Assembly (NCBI RefSeq): GCF_037042905.1
Contig: NC_087251.1
Coordinates: 12,772,001-12,836,000, forward strand
Direction: 5' to 3'
Length of the DNA: 64,000 bases
Origin: Lytechinus pictus
Lineage: Eukaryota
Under the pieces are notes generated by a model, which did not search any database, was not told where the DNA came from, and was given only the letters and a program-made list of their open reading frames with translations. Shown here in pieces: positions 53,802-64,000 of this stretch; the stretch's first letter is position 1, and every line of letters starts with the position of its first letter. Made by a program: the position numbers and the translations under genes.

Positions 53802-55611
53802 CCCTAAACATCCTGCCTGAGTTTCAAGTCTCATGACCAAGGTCAAAGGTCATTTAGGGTCAATGAACTTTGGCCAGGTTGGGAATATTTGTTGAATTAC
53901 CATCATAACTTTATGATTTTATGGATCTGATTATAAAACTTGGACATAAGAGTAATCAAGTATCACTGAACATCCTGTGCGAGTTTCAGGTCACATGTCC
54001 AAGGTCATTTAAGGTCAATGAACTTTGGCCATTTTGGGGTATTTGTTGAATTACCATCATAACTCTGAAATTGTATTGGTCTAGTTCTTAAAACTTGGAC
54101 ATAAGTGTAATAAAGTATCACTGAACATCCTGTGCAAGTTTCAGGTCACATGACCAAGGTCAAACTTTGGCCATGTTGGGGGTAATTATTAAGTTGCTGT
54201 CACAACTTTCAAAGTTTATAGATATAGTTTATGAATTATGGACATCAAGTATCACTAACAAGTCTTAGATCACATGATCAAGGTCAAATGTCATTTATGG
54301 TCAATGAATGTCGTATTGTGTCTTTATATGAATGGTGTTTTTTGTGAATAATTATTTGATAGTAGTTTTTAAAGTCAGCACTGCTGCTATATTGAATCAT
54401 GTAATGCAGGTGAGACTGCCAGAGGCAATCTCTTGGCGAATCTAGGAGCCTCCGGCTAATCTAGTCCTAGATCTACATCCATTCCCAATTGTGATATTCG
54501 GAAAAGCGGTGGGTGTATTATTTTATTATTACCAGGCCTAGACCCTATTAACCTTGAAATGTAATTGAGAGACGTGCTCTGACATTTGCAACCAATTACT
54601 GGTGGCAACAATTGTCTGGTTGAATTTTTTGTTACGATAAACCAGCAGTGAATCCTAGTCATATAAACAACAAAAACTGTAAACACAAGACCAAAGGCAA
54701 AGTGAATTGTCAGTGGCTGCTTTGCTGCTAATTGCAGCCTCTCTGCAAGTGTGCATAGTCTTCTGCATCAGACGTATTGCTCACATTTTTTTTACAAGCA
54801 TCAGACTTGTAAAGGCAAAGACAAAAGCTGCTGTATTAATATAAATTCAGTCTTTATTGACACTACAGTGAAGACAAAGTCTAAGTCTAACTGTTAAATG
54901 ATGACATCAAGATTGAAGTTGAAATAGAGCTGTCCCTGATATCCATTAACTTGTGGCCGAGTTTTAGCTGATTGAGCTCAATTTAGTTCTCTGAAAATAA
55001 GCAAAATTAACCTAAAGATTTTGACATTTTTATGATTTGAACTTGCTATGAAAGTTAATTAGTCTTCAAGGAACTGACCATGAAGTGTAAAATGCAGGTC
55101 TTGAGAACTAGTATTGGAAGTAGTGGCAGTGATCAGGCAGAGACCTCGAGACAGAGGCATTGTGGCATCCAACCATACAGATTTTGCTCACAGCGCAATG
55201 AGAATAGGATGCAGAAAAAGTATCTAATTGAAAAAGGGGGCATTGTCGCCAATGTATGTGAGTGCCCCTATAGTTTGTGCTTGTATCAAGTACTTTTTTG
55301 ACAACATTTACCGTCTGTTCTGGGTAATCATTTTATCAATACTGATAGTTTTCATTATTTCCCATTACGGTACTGTAAAATGGCTGGTCCAGCGCTAACA
55401 GTAACCATACACAATGATAGATCGCAAAAGTGGAAGCCAATGCCTGATTTTGGTAGTAGAATTATGCATGCTTTTTAATACCAGACAGATTGCATACACA
55501 AAAAATGAATGATTTACAAAAGGGTCTTGCTATGAAAAAATAGATTAATTTGTAGCAATTGAACATTGTATTTGTTATTTTGGGTTTGTAAATGTTGTTT
55601 TTATTATCTAG

Positions 55612-55744
55612 ATGAAAGCTAAGACAGAGCATGATTCAAGCAATGGCATGTTGGCTGAAAAGAGTTCAAACGTCTCCAATCTGGATAATGCTAGCATCAA
55701 GAGATACAGCAGACAACTCATACTACCAGAACTAGGAGTCAAAG
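55612..55744 (+). CDS. MOCS3: MOCS3 exon 2 (...SIKRYSRQLILPELGVK)
   Basis: AG/GT boundaries; RYSRQ motif; 133 nt. Confidence 0.92.
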
Positions 55745-56605
55745 GTTAGATATCTAAAAATCTTTTGAAACAACATCAGCTATATGAAAACAGAAAAAAA
55801 AATCAGAACAAGTTGGATGTTATTGTAAGATTTGTAACACAAAGCAGATATTCCAGCTTGTACAGTGTATATACCAATTTCAGTGGCAGGTCCAGGCAAA
55901 TGCACAAGGGACACATACAGCATTTATATTTTGAGAATCATCCTTTGAACATCCATTTGATGTAGCTAAATCTTTATCATCTGCACCCCCTATATTTAAA
56001 AATATAATGTAATGCAATTGCTATCAAGAGGCAAGAGGACAATGAAATGACTAGCTACATAAAATTTCATTACCATTTTAGAAAGAATGTTATTGCTGTG
56101 AAAACTGAAATTTCAAACCTGTTAAAAACCAGCAGATATGTAGGAAGAAAAAGTTGTCCTGTACATGAAGAAGTAATCCCAAAGCCCTTTTTGTTTTGTC
56201 CAAATTATTTTCATCTAATAAAGTTCACATTTTTTTTCTAGTAACCTTCATGGTTTATTAAGCAGATTCTCAATAATTTTTTATTCCCATCAGCTAAAGT
56301 TTATAGATTAAACTTTTTTTTTTTCACAAGCATATGAATTGAAAATTCAAAATTTTTGCAAGTTTGATCAGGATTGACAGAAAATGCACTCACATTGTGT
56401 TAAATCAGAAAAAGTGTGGATTTCTCATTAGCATAAGAAAGGGTCACCGTTCGTGCTAGCCAATACTGGAATTCATGTCTTCCTCTCTCAAATACATAAT
56501 GGATTTTTATTTGTGAAAATTTATAATTTTACATTTTTTTGTATGAATTTCACAGAGATGTACACAGTCTTTTACTCATTTTATATTTTTCTATTCAACC
56601 TCCAG

Positions 56606-56698
56606 GTCAGCTGCAGATTGCTAATTCTTCAGCATTGATCATTGGTGCTGGTGGTCTTGGATGCCCAGCTGCTGTCTATCTTGCTGCTGCTGGTATTG
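56606..56698 (+). CDS. MOCS3: MOCS3 exon 3 ([31 protein letters not shown])
   Basis: GxGxxG nucleotide-binding loop; AG/GT; 93 nt. Confidence 0.95.
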
Positions 56699-56903
56699 GT
56701 ATGTATCAGTCAAGTCATGTAAAATAAGGTTTGAATGATGAAAACAAGTTCCTTGATATTTTTCCCCTCATTTTTCTTTCTTCTTCAAACATTTGACTAT
56801 CAGTCTTGTTTGGAATGGTCTCGGTTACAATTAAAGTTATGGTATGAATGATATTCATTAATTATTAGTATCATTGAATACTGAATTGACTTTTAAATTC
56901 CAG

Positions 56904-57024
56904 GTCGACTCGGAGTTGTGGACTACGATGATGTAGAACTGAGTAACCTTCACAGACAGATCCTCCATACAGAGCAGAGAGTAGGATGGTCCAAGTCAGA
57001 ATCTATCAAGTCTAGTGTTAAAAA
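56904..57024 (+). CDS. MOCS3: MOCS3 exon 4 ([22 protein letters not shown]...)
   Basis: SNLHRQ motif; AG/GT; 121 nt. Confidence 0.95.
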
Positions 57025-57067
57025 GTAGGTGTAAAGATCACTTTGTAGACACTAGTAAGGTGTGTTG

Positions 57068-57159
57068 CAGTGTTGTATTCAAGGCCCAAACCCTCAAGGC
57101 CAAGGCATGGTAAAAATAAGCCGGAGGCCAAGGCCGAGTATCAAGGCACTACACCACTG
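57068..57159. mobile_element. 92-bp hAT-type mini-MITE in MOCS3 intron 4
   Basis: cagtgttgta / tacaccactg termini; perfect 8-bp TSD GTGTGTTG; internal aaggcc repeats. Confidence 0.85.
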
Positions 57160-57609
57160 GTGTGTTGGTCTCTGGACTGGATAGTTCCAATCTGCAATGA
57201 TGTACTTTGGTAAGGAAGGAAGGGTGGTCTCTCAAATATTACAAGGTACGTCTGAAAGGTGTGTCTGAAATCTTTTGAATCACTCTGTAAAGGGAATGAG
57301 GTCTAGTATTTTGTTCTTTGAATTAAACCAGATACTACAGGTTTCAGATCCCTGCCACATTACCATTATCATCAGTTAGATGAGTGGATTGGTCCTATTC
57401 AGACTTTATAACAATATGTCAGAAGGGATGTTAGAAAAATGGCTCTGAAATCCATTTTCCGTACCAGATTTTCTTGTTGATCTTGGGTGCAAGTTTAATC
57501 ACAGCTAGCTTGTAGGATTAACATTACTTTTTGTATTTCTAACTGCCCCAAATAAGAATATAGGAAGTGAGAAATGATTGAACATCATTTTTATTCTTAA
57601 TATCCCCAG

Positions 57610-57684
57610 CCTCAATTCATCGGTGCAATGTCAAGCCTACCAAGTGCAGCTAGACAGAAACAATGCTATGGACATCATCAGACA
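57610..57684 (+). CDS. MOCS3: MOCS3 exon 5 (NLNSSVQCQAYQVQLDRNNAMDIIRQ)
   Basis: LNS motif; 75 nt; ends at a U12 AT donor. Confidence 0.92.
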
Positions 57685-58419
57685 ATATCCTTTTCATGAG
57701 ACACCCCAGAGCTTGTTCAGACATACTGTACCTTAAAGCTCACCAACAACACTCTGTACCATTCATTATACTAAGTCACAGTAAAAATAAATGTTACGGG
57801 GGAAAACTAGACCAAAGTATTGAAAAGCTTACTGCCAAATACCATGTCACAAGTTTTAGGACCCATCCCCCCCAAATAAATTTTAAGAAAATATCTTTTT
57901 GACAAGTGGTGATGCATGTTTATTGAAATTATTCAAGTTTTTTTTATAAAGTCCAAACACTATAATATTACAGAAGTTTTTGTTTAGCTTTGTTACACTG
58001 TGTCTCGAACAAAGATGAATAAGATGAATAGAAATATTCTATTGCAAATGTGTGCCATACAAAAATTATGTAATGTTTTCAAAGTGTAATTAAATTGTAA
58101 ACACTTAGAAGATAAAGCTAATCTCACAGTAATTACTGTTATACCAATAATATAATGTAAAGAATGAGGTTTTAAGTGACAAATTCCTTCAATATTTTTA
58201 TAGTATACAAATATGCCAGGGTATTTTGGAGAAAGTATAGTGACAGATTATTCAGCAGAGGTAGAGCTGTGCATGCTCATTGCAAATATTGATAATGCCT
58301 TTTGAAATATAATGAAAATTTATCTTTTATCACATGAGCACCGTTTCATAGAAAGGATACTATATATAGTAAGTAATGGCAATGAGAAGATTATTATTCC
58401 TTGACTGTCTTTGTTACAC
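57685..58419 (+). other. U12-type AT-AC intron (MOCS3 intron 5)
   Basis: 5'ss ATATCCTTT; branch site TTCCTTGAC at 58397-58405; terminal AC at 58418-58419; splicing restores [14 protein letters not shown]. Confidence 0.93.
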
Positions 58420-58537
58420 ATATGATATGGTATTGGACTGTACAGACAATGTTGCTACAAGGTATCTACTGAATGATGCATGTGTGCTGTCAGGGAAGCC
58501 ATTGATCTCCGGAAGTGCTCTCAGGTTTGAGGGACAG
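58420..58537 (+). CDS. MOCS3: MOCS3 exon 6 ([39 protein letters not shown])
   Basis: Highly conserved MoeB-family segment; GTAAG donor; 118 nt. Confidence 0.95.
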
Positions 58538-58721
58538 GTAAGCTTTAAAAGGAAGAGATACTTTAACTTTCTTGGAAGGTGGATTGTATTTTTGTTGACA
58601 CTAGGTTTTTGATTAAAGTTCTGGAAATACCTGTAATTTATAACAATACATCTTGTCCAGATTAATTAGCTGTCTCGGCATTCAAAATTGGTGGATTGTT
58701 GCAGACATTATTAGCCAAGGA

Positions 58722-59186
58722 CAGGGTTGGGCTCAATTATAAGGTAATTGATCAATTACGTAATTAATTACATTTTTTGAGTAAATTTAATTGTAATTGT
58801 ATTTGAAAAAAAATGTAATTCACTTCAATTATTGCCAATTACTTTTAATTAAATTCAATTACTTTTACACTGTACAATAAACTTACTTAATTTATGATGG
58901 AATTTCATGACCTTTTTCATGTCAACTGCTGCAGCATCAAAGAGTGTAACAAAAAACAGAATCCGTGCTCTTTAACATAAACCTTCATCTTGTCAGTTTC
59001 TCTGTAACTTAGAATTATGTTGAAATAGGTGGTACTAACGTTAGTACATTTATACAAGATACAAATTAATTTCATTTATTACTTTTGTAGAAAGTAATTG
59101 AAATTTTAATTGTAATTGAATTAAAGTAATTGGTAATTGTAATTGAAAAAAAAAGTAGTTTAATCGAAAAGTAATTGTAATTGTAC
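58722..59186. mobile_element. hAT-like MITE relic with AATTAC/GTAATT subterminal repeats
   Basis: Starts cagggttggg; many aattac/gtaatt hexamers; right TIR not seen. Confidence 0.55.
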
Positions 59187-59456
59187 ATTATTGTACATCA
59201 TTTTTAGATCATGAATTTAGTGATAGAAATTATAGGAGAAAGAGGAAGGGGAAGGGGAAACGAAGAAAAAGAACCACTTGCAATTTCAATTTTTCTTCTT
59301 GTTTACAATACAAAGTGGTTGCAATACAAAGTATTGCAAATATAAAGCACTATGAAGGAATGTTCCTTGTAAAAGTAATTCCATTATGGGTTAAATTTCC
59401 CATGATTGCTGACAAGTATCTGACTTTAATGATGATTGTCTCTTTCCCCTTTCCAG

Positions 59457-59565
59457 CTCACTGTATATAACCATGAAGGGGGTCCATGTTACCGTTGTTT
59501 GTACCCCAAACCTCCCCCAGCGGAGACGGTCACCAACTGCTCTGAAGGTGGTGTATTAGGAGTAG
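59457..59565 (+). CDS. MOCS3: MOCS3 exon 7 ([36 protein letters not shown])
   Basis: First Zn-binding CxxC and conserved active-site-loop Cys; AG/GTGAGT; 109 nt. Confidence 0.95.
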
Positions 59566-60021
59566 GTGAGTTATAACCCCCTCCTCTTCTGTTTTCTCAA
59601 AATGTCAATTTACATTGATGAACTCTTGTATATTAAATTTTTGCATATTTTGAAGCTTAACATGGATTGACATGAACTTGGTCTGGATGGAACCAACAAC
59701 CAAAAAATTAATAAGATAAAAGTAAAAAATAGAGAGGGGAAATTGTTCGAAGATTTGATGACACATTATTGCCAAATTATGACTTTTTATTCCATTACCC
59801 TTGACAAATGGAGTAAATAGTACATGACTTAAAATATACAATCAGCAAGGAGATTTGTGACTTAGGCAATGTTAAGGCACCATTGAGTCAACCTTATATT
59901 TACCCCTTAGAATTGGTAATGTAATATATAATTCAGAAGGTAAATTGTATTTCATTGTGAAATTCGTAGAGGAATGAAAATCAATATTACATTATTTCTT
60001 TCTTCCCTTTATTCATTTCAG

Positions 60022-60084
60022 TTCCTGGAATCATTGGTTGTATACAAGCATTAGAAGCCATTAAATTGGCTGCTGATATTGGCA
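60022..60084 (+). CDS. MOCS3: MOCS3 exon 8 (VPGIIGCIQALEAIKLAADIG)
   Basis: QALEAIK motif; 63 nt; ends at a U12 GT donor. Confidence 0.93.
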
Positions 60085-60502
60085 GTATCCTTTTCCAATG
60101 AACTTGGTTAAGCCATTGGGTACTTTAACCAAATGAGAATTTCAGAATTCAGTCTTCAACTTGTTTACATATTCTCTTGTGGGTCAGAGACTCAGGAGAA
60201 ATCTGGGTACCTGAACACTGTCTCCAGAGACCAAAAAGGCAGTGTAAGTCAAGAAATGAATTTTTGAAAATCAAAACGATGCTCTTTGAAATCAACTATG
60301 ATTAAATTTGTTTTGATTTATAGAAAAAAGGAGGAAAAGAGTTATTGTTGAATTTGTTTTTTAGGATGATAAAAGAAATTTCAGAAGTGATGATATTCAA
60401 TGTCATGCAGAGACAGGTAAGGAGAGTTAATCATTGCGAGAGGGAAACACTTTCTCATATATATTGCATGGTAAAATCATGTTCCTTGACTGAATTCACC
60501 AG
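60085..60502 (+). other. U12-type GT-AG intron (MOCS3 intron 8)
   Basis: 5'ss GTATCCTTT; branch site TTCCTTGAC at 60482-60490; CAG ending at 60502 with no polypyrimidine tract. Confidence 0.93.
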
Positions 60503-60666
60503 CGTCATACTCTCAGAAGCTATTGGTATTTGATGGTTTAGATGGTACATACAGGACTATCAAACTAAGACCTAAAAAACCAACATGTGTTTTGTGTGGT
60601 GACAATCCATCGGTGACACAGCTCATCGACTATGAAGAATTCTGTGGTGCCAGCGCAACCGATAAG
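60503..60666 (+). CDS. MOCS3: MOCS3 exon 9 (TSYSQKLLVFDG...CVLCGDNPSVTQLIDYEEFCGASATDK)
   Basis: Second CxxC and DYExFCG motif; 164 nt; AAG|GT donor. Confidence 0.95.
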
Positions 60667-61150
60667 GTATTCGATTAGATTTGTTCAGCATTCATTGTAA
60701 GAGCTTTTAGTCTAGGAGATTGGGGGCTTTATTCAGAATTTTTGGTGGGGAAGGTTTGACAAGCTTATCCGGGGTAAAATTGTGCGCTGATTCCAAAAAT
60801 GTCACTCTTATTGACCGTACTCACGCCATTTTGGCCATTTTGGCAAATTTTTGACCAAAAATGACAATTTTGACCACTCTTTGAAAAATTGTCCCTAAAC
60901 AGAATGCTTTTGTAGCCACATGCAATCAGAAGGGTCTGTCTTAAGTAAAAATGCACCCAGATTCCAGATAAAGTGGTTTCATTTGCCAAATCACAAGAGA
61001 AGTGGTCATGACAATTTTCATGATTTTTTTGTCCGTAATGTGTTACAAATATTTATCAGAGCTACGACTGGATGTTTTTAGAAATCCACATTTATTTTCA
61101 AAATATGCGCTGGATCATAACCATCAACCCCATGTAATTTATTCTGTCAG

Positions 61151-62740
61151 TTTTGACCTATGAGGGTCATTTTGGGTACTTTAGACATAACTGAACATTC
61201 GCGCAGTTTGCATTACTAACTGTTCAAATAGGCAGGAAATTGAGGACTTCAGCGTGTTTTATCTTCTTCCCTTATATAATGAGAATGCATTTAAATGTCT
61301 TTCTGGTGTAGAATTTTATGCTGATTCCAAATATATCAGTCATAATAACCCTATTTAATAGCTTGTGGTCATTTTGACCACTTATGGCCCTTAAAATGGC
61401 CAATGACATCAGTTCATTTTACCCCCAAATACTTTGAACGTTACCAGAACCATTACAAGGTGTGCTGCGACACCTAATATTGGTGTGTTAATCCTTTAAA
61501 TTGAACATCTCACAAAGTGTTTTGACCTTTTGTAATTTATTCCATCAGTTTTGAGTTTTGACCTATGAGGGCCATTGGGGGTACTTTATACATAACTGAC
61601 CATTCACGCAGTTATGCATAATAAAGTGCACATATACATGTAGGCAGGAATTTGAGGACTTATAGCGTGTTTTATCTTCTTCCCATATAAAATGCAAATG
61701 CGTACAACAATCCATCTTGTGTAGAATTTTATGCTGATTCCAAATATATGAGTCTTAATGACACTATTCAATAGCTTATGGTTATTTTGGCCACTTATGG
61801 TCCTTAAAATGACCAATGACATCGTTCATTTTACCCCCAAATACTTCGAACGTTACCAGAATCGTTACAAGGGTGTGTTGCGACACCTAACATTGGTGTG
61901 TGTTAATCCTTTTGAACATCTCAAAATTATTTTGACCTCATGTAATTTATTCCATCAGTTTTGAACTATGAGGGTCATTTGGGGTACTTTAGACATAACT
62001 GACCATTCACGCAGTTTTGCATATAATAAACTGCACATAGGCAGGAATTTGAGATCTTCAGCGTGTTTTATCTCCTTCCCTTATAAAATGGGAATGCATT
62101 GAAAGGTCCAATTTGTATAGAATATTATGCTGATTCTAAATATATCAGTCTTAATGACCCTATTGAACACCTTATGGTCATTTTGGCCACTTATGGCCTT
62201 AAAAATGACCAATAACATCAGTTCAATTTATCCAAAAATACCTCAATGTTACCAGAATCGTTACCAGGGTGTGCTGTGACATCTAACATTGGTGTATTAA
62301 TCCTTTAAAATGAACATTTCAAAAGTATTTTGACCTCATGTAATTTATATCATTAGTTTTGACTTTTGACCTATGAGGGTCATTTTGGGTAACTGACAAT
62401 TCGTGCAATTTTGCATAATAAATGTGCTAATCGGCAGGAGTTTGAGGTCTTCAGTGTGCTTTATCTTCCTCCTTTATCAAATGGGAATGATGCATAGGTC
62501 GTTCTTGTGTAGAATTTCATGCTGATTCCCAATATGTCAGTCTTAATGACCCCATTTAACAGATTATGGTCATTTTGGCCACTTTTGGCCCCCCAAATGA
62601 CCAATACCATCTGTTCAATACTTCAATTTATCCAAAAATACTTTGAATGTTAATATAATCGTTACAAGGGTGTGCTGTGACACCTAACACTGGTATATTT
62701 ATCATTTAAATTGAGTGTCCCAAAAATATTTTGACCACCT
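61151..62740. repeat. Tandem array of ~4 units of ~405 bp in MOCS3 intron 9
   Basis: ttttgacctatgagggtcatt... recurs near 61151, 61557, 61959 and 62365; sub-motifs (tgctgattccaa, ggtcattttg) extend over about 60765-63900. Confidence 0.85.
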
Positions 62741-64000
62741 TGGTCATTTTGGCCACATTGTCCCTGCCCAATGTGTATACTAAATCAGCCTATAGTGAAC
62801 ATTGTTAGGAGACAATTCAGGATTGTGTTAATATTAGCATCAAATAATTGTTAAATGGGAAAAGTTTGAAAGTTTTTGGGTGAAAATCAATGCAATGATT
62901 CCATATAAACGAGTGTTATTGGCCGAACTATTGGACTTCGTGGTCATTTTGATCACTTTTCCTCAATAATTTCTAGTGACCACACATTATTTGATTTAAA
63001 AAGGGCTCAAATGTTGCTTAATATTATTTTCAGCGTGAGCTACTACACCAATAATCAAGAGTTTAATGAATGTGATAAAAACCTTTACATCAAGTATACA
63101 TAAGGTTGTTTTACCATTCACTTTGGTCATTTTCATGATTTAGGCACATTGACCATTTTGTAATTCATGGAAAGGAATTCAAGAATGAGATATTGTTAGC
63201 ATCATTTAATGTTAGATAGGATATATTACAAAAACTTTCTGAACCAGATTAATACAATGATTTCAAATATATCAGTCTTAATGACTACTAAGTGGTCATT
63301 TTGGTCACTTTTGGTCCCTACAATTAGCAATGACAATTACATGTATCAAAAGTATTCCAATGTTGTTGCTCTATATTTTTGTAAGATTTGTTGTATCAAT
63401 CATAATCAGTGACAAATTATTTAATTCAATATGATATTACTAATAGTACATAATCAAAATGTGACAATTTTGGCTACTTTGACCGTTTATCCAATGTGTG
63501 AATTTATAAACATGACTTAGCAGCAATTGTAGGTCTATGAACATGATGAAATGCGTTCAATCCCTTTTGATGGGAAATATCAAAGGCTCACCTTGAGTAA
63601 AAATTGTGCCAAATATCTTATGACTGTCTACTGTGGCCCCTTTGATCACTGTATGTTCCTAAATAGCCAGCATTGTTTTCCTTCTTTAAAGTCAAATTGT
63701 ACTGAGAATCATTGCAAAGCAAAATGGTTCACAAACATCACATTGGCATGATTGGTGAGCAGCAAATTTACCCTTAATTCTTTTGAAGACGTACTGGGTA
63801 ATAAAACAGATTCTCTATTTGAAATTATTCTCTGTGCCGATTTTCGGTCACTCTTTAACAATTTAGGGCAAGTTCTCCAATTTCAACTTTACCAATCATG
63901 CCAATGTGAGGTTTGTGGAACATTATACAAAATGAAAAAGGTAATAAATATGCATCATGGTCACATCTATTCGTGAAATTCACTTTGACCAATAGCTTTG

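Larger units (their letters stand above)
51303..54426 (+). mobile_element. Helentron/HINE-like element (same family as 7729-9025), interrupted by a LINE and a MITE
   Basis: ttttt-gtatcacctgcat...(GGC)n...central repeats...atgcaggtgagactgccagaggc; reverse-complement homolog of 7729-9025. Confidence 0.7.
46547..60666 (+). other. MOCS3: MOCS3/UBA4 gene span, coding exons 1-9 (322 codons); C-terminal rhodanese domain beyond the window
   Basis: Nine phase-compatible exons give an N-terminal coiled coil plus a MoeB/ThiF domain: [53 protein letters not shown]. Confidence 0.95.

Noticed and set aside
58376-58612. ORF-track start [13 protein letters not shown] and the alternative AC at 58416-58417
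   Set aside because: The N-terminal part is U12 intron sequence containing the branch site; only the AC at 58418-58419 keeps the frame.
60667-60676. Intron 9 donor GTATTCGATT as a U12 site
   Set aside because: Lacks the ATCCTT core; phase 0 with AAG|GT fits a U2 intron.
60667-64000. MOCS3 rhodanese-domain exons
   Set aside because: No DVR-type rhodanese motif with splice sites was found; presumably beyond the window.

Overview
AT-rich animal genomic DNA, not prokaryotic. The repeat repertoire suggests an echinoderm such as a sea urchin (inference). Two genes appear to be transcribed divergently. (1) On the minus strand is an unidentified gene: its first coding exon (1454 to beyond the left edge) holds a 442-codon Ser/Pro-rich ORF that the ORF track missed, preceded by three uORFs and probably a ~39-kb intron-containing 5' region. 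(2) On the plus strand is MOCS3/UBA4, the adenylyltransferase/sulfurtransferase. I reconstructed nine coding exons (46547-60666, 322 codons); the rhodanese-domain exons lie beyond the window. MOCS3 contains two minor-spliceosome (U12) introns, one AT-AC and one GT-AG, plus a possible U12-to-U2 converted intron. The rest is dense with non-autonomous DNA transposons, many nested and many with visible TIRs/TSDs, two Helentron/HINE-like elements, LINE fragments, SINEs and a ~405-bp tandem array. TACATGTA and TAGGCCTA palindromes are strongly over-represented and look like transposon excision footprints.
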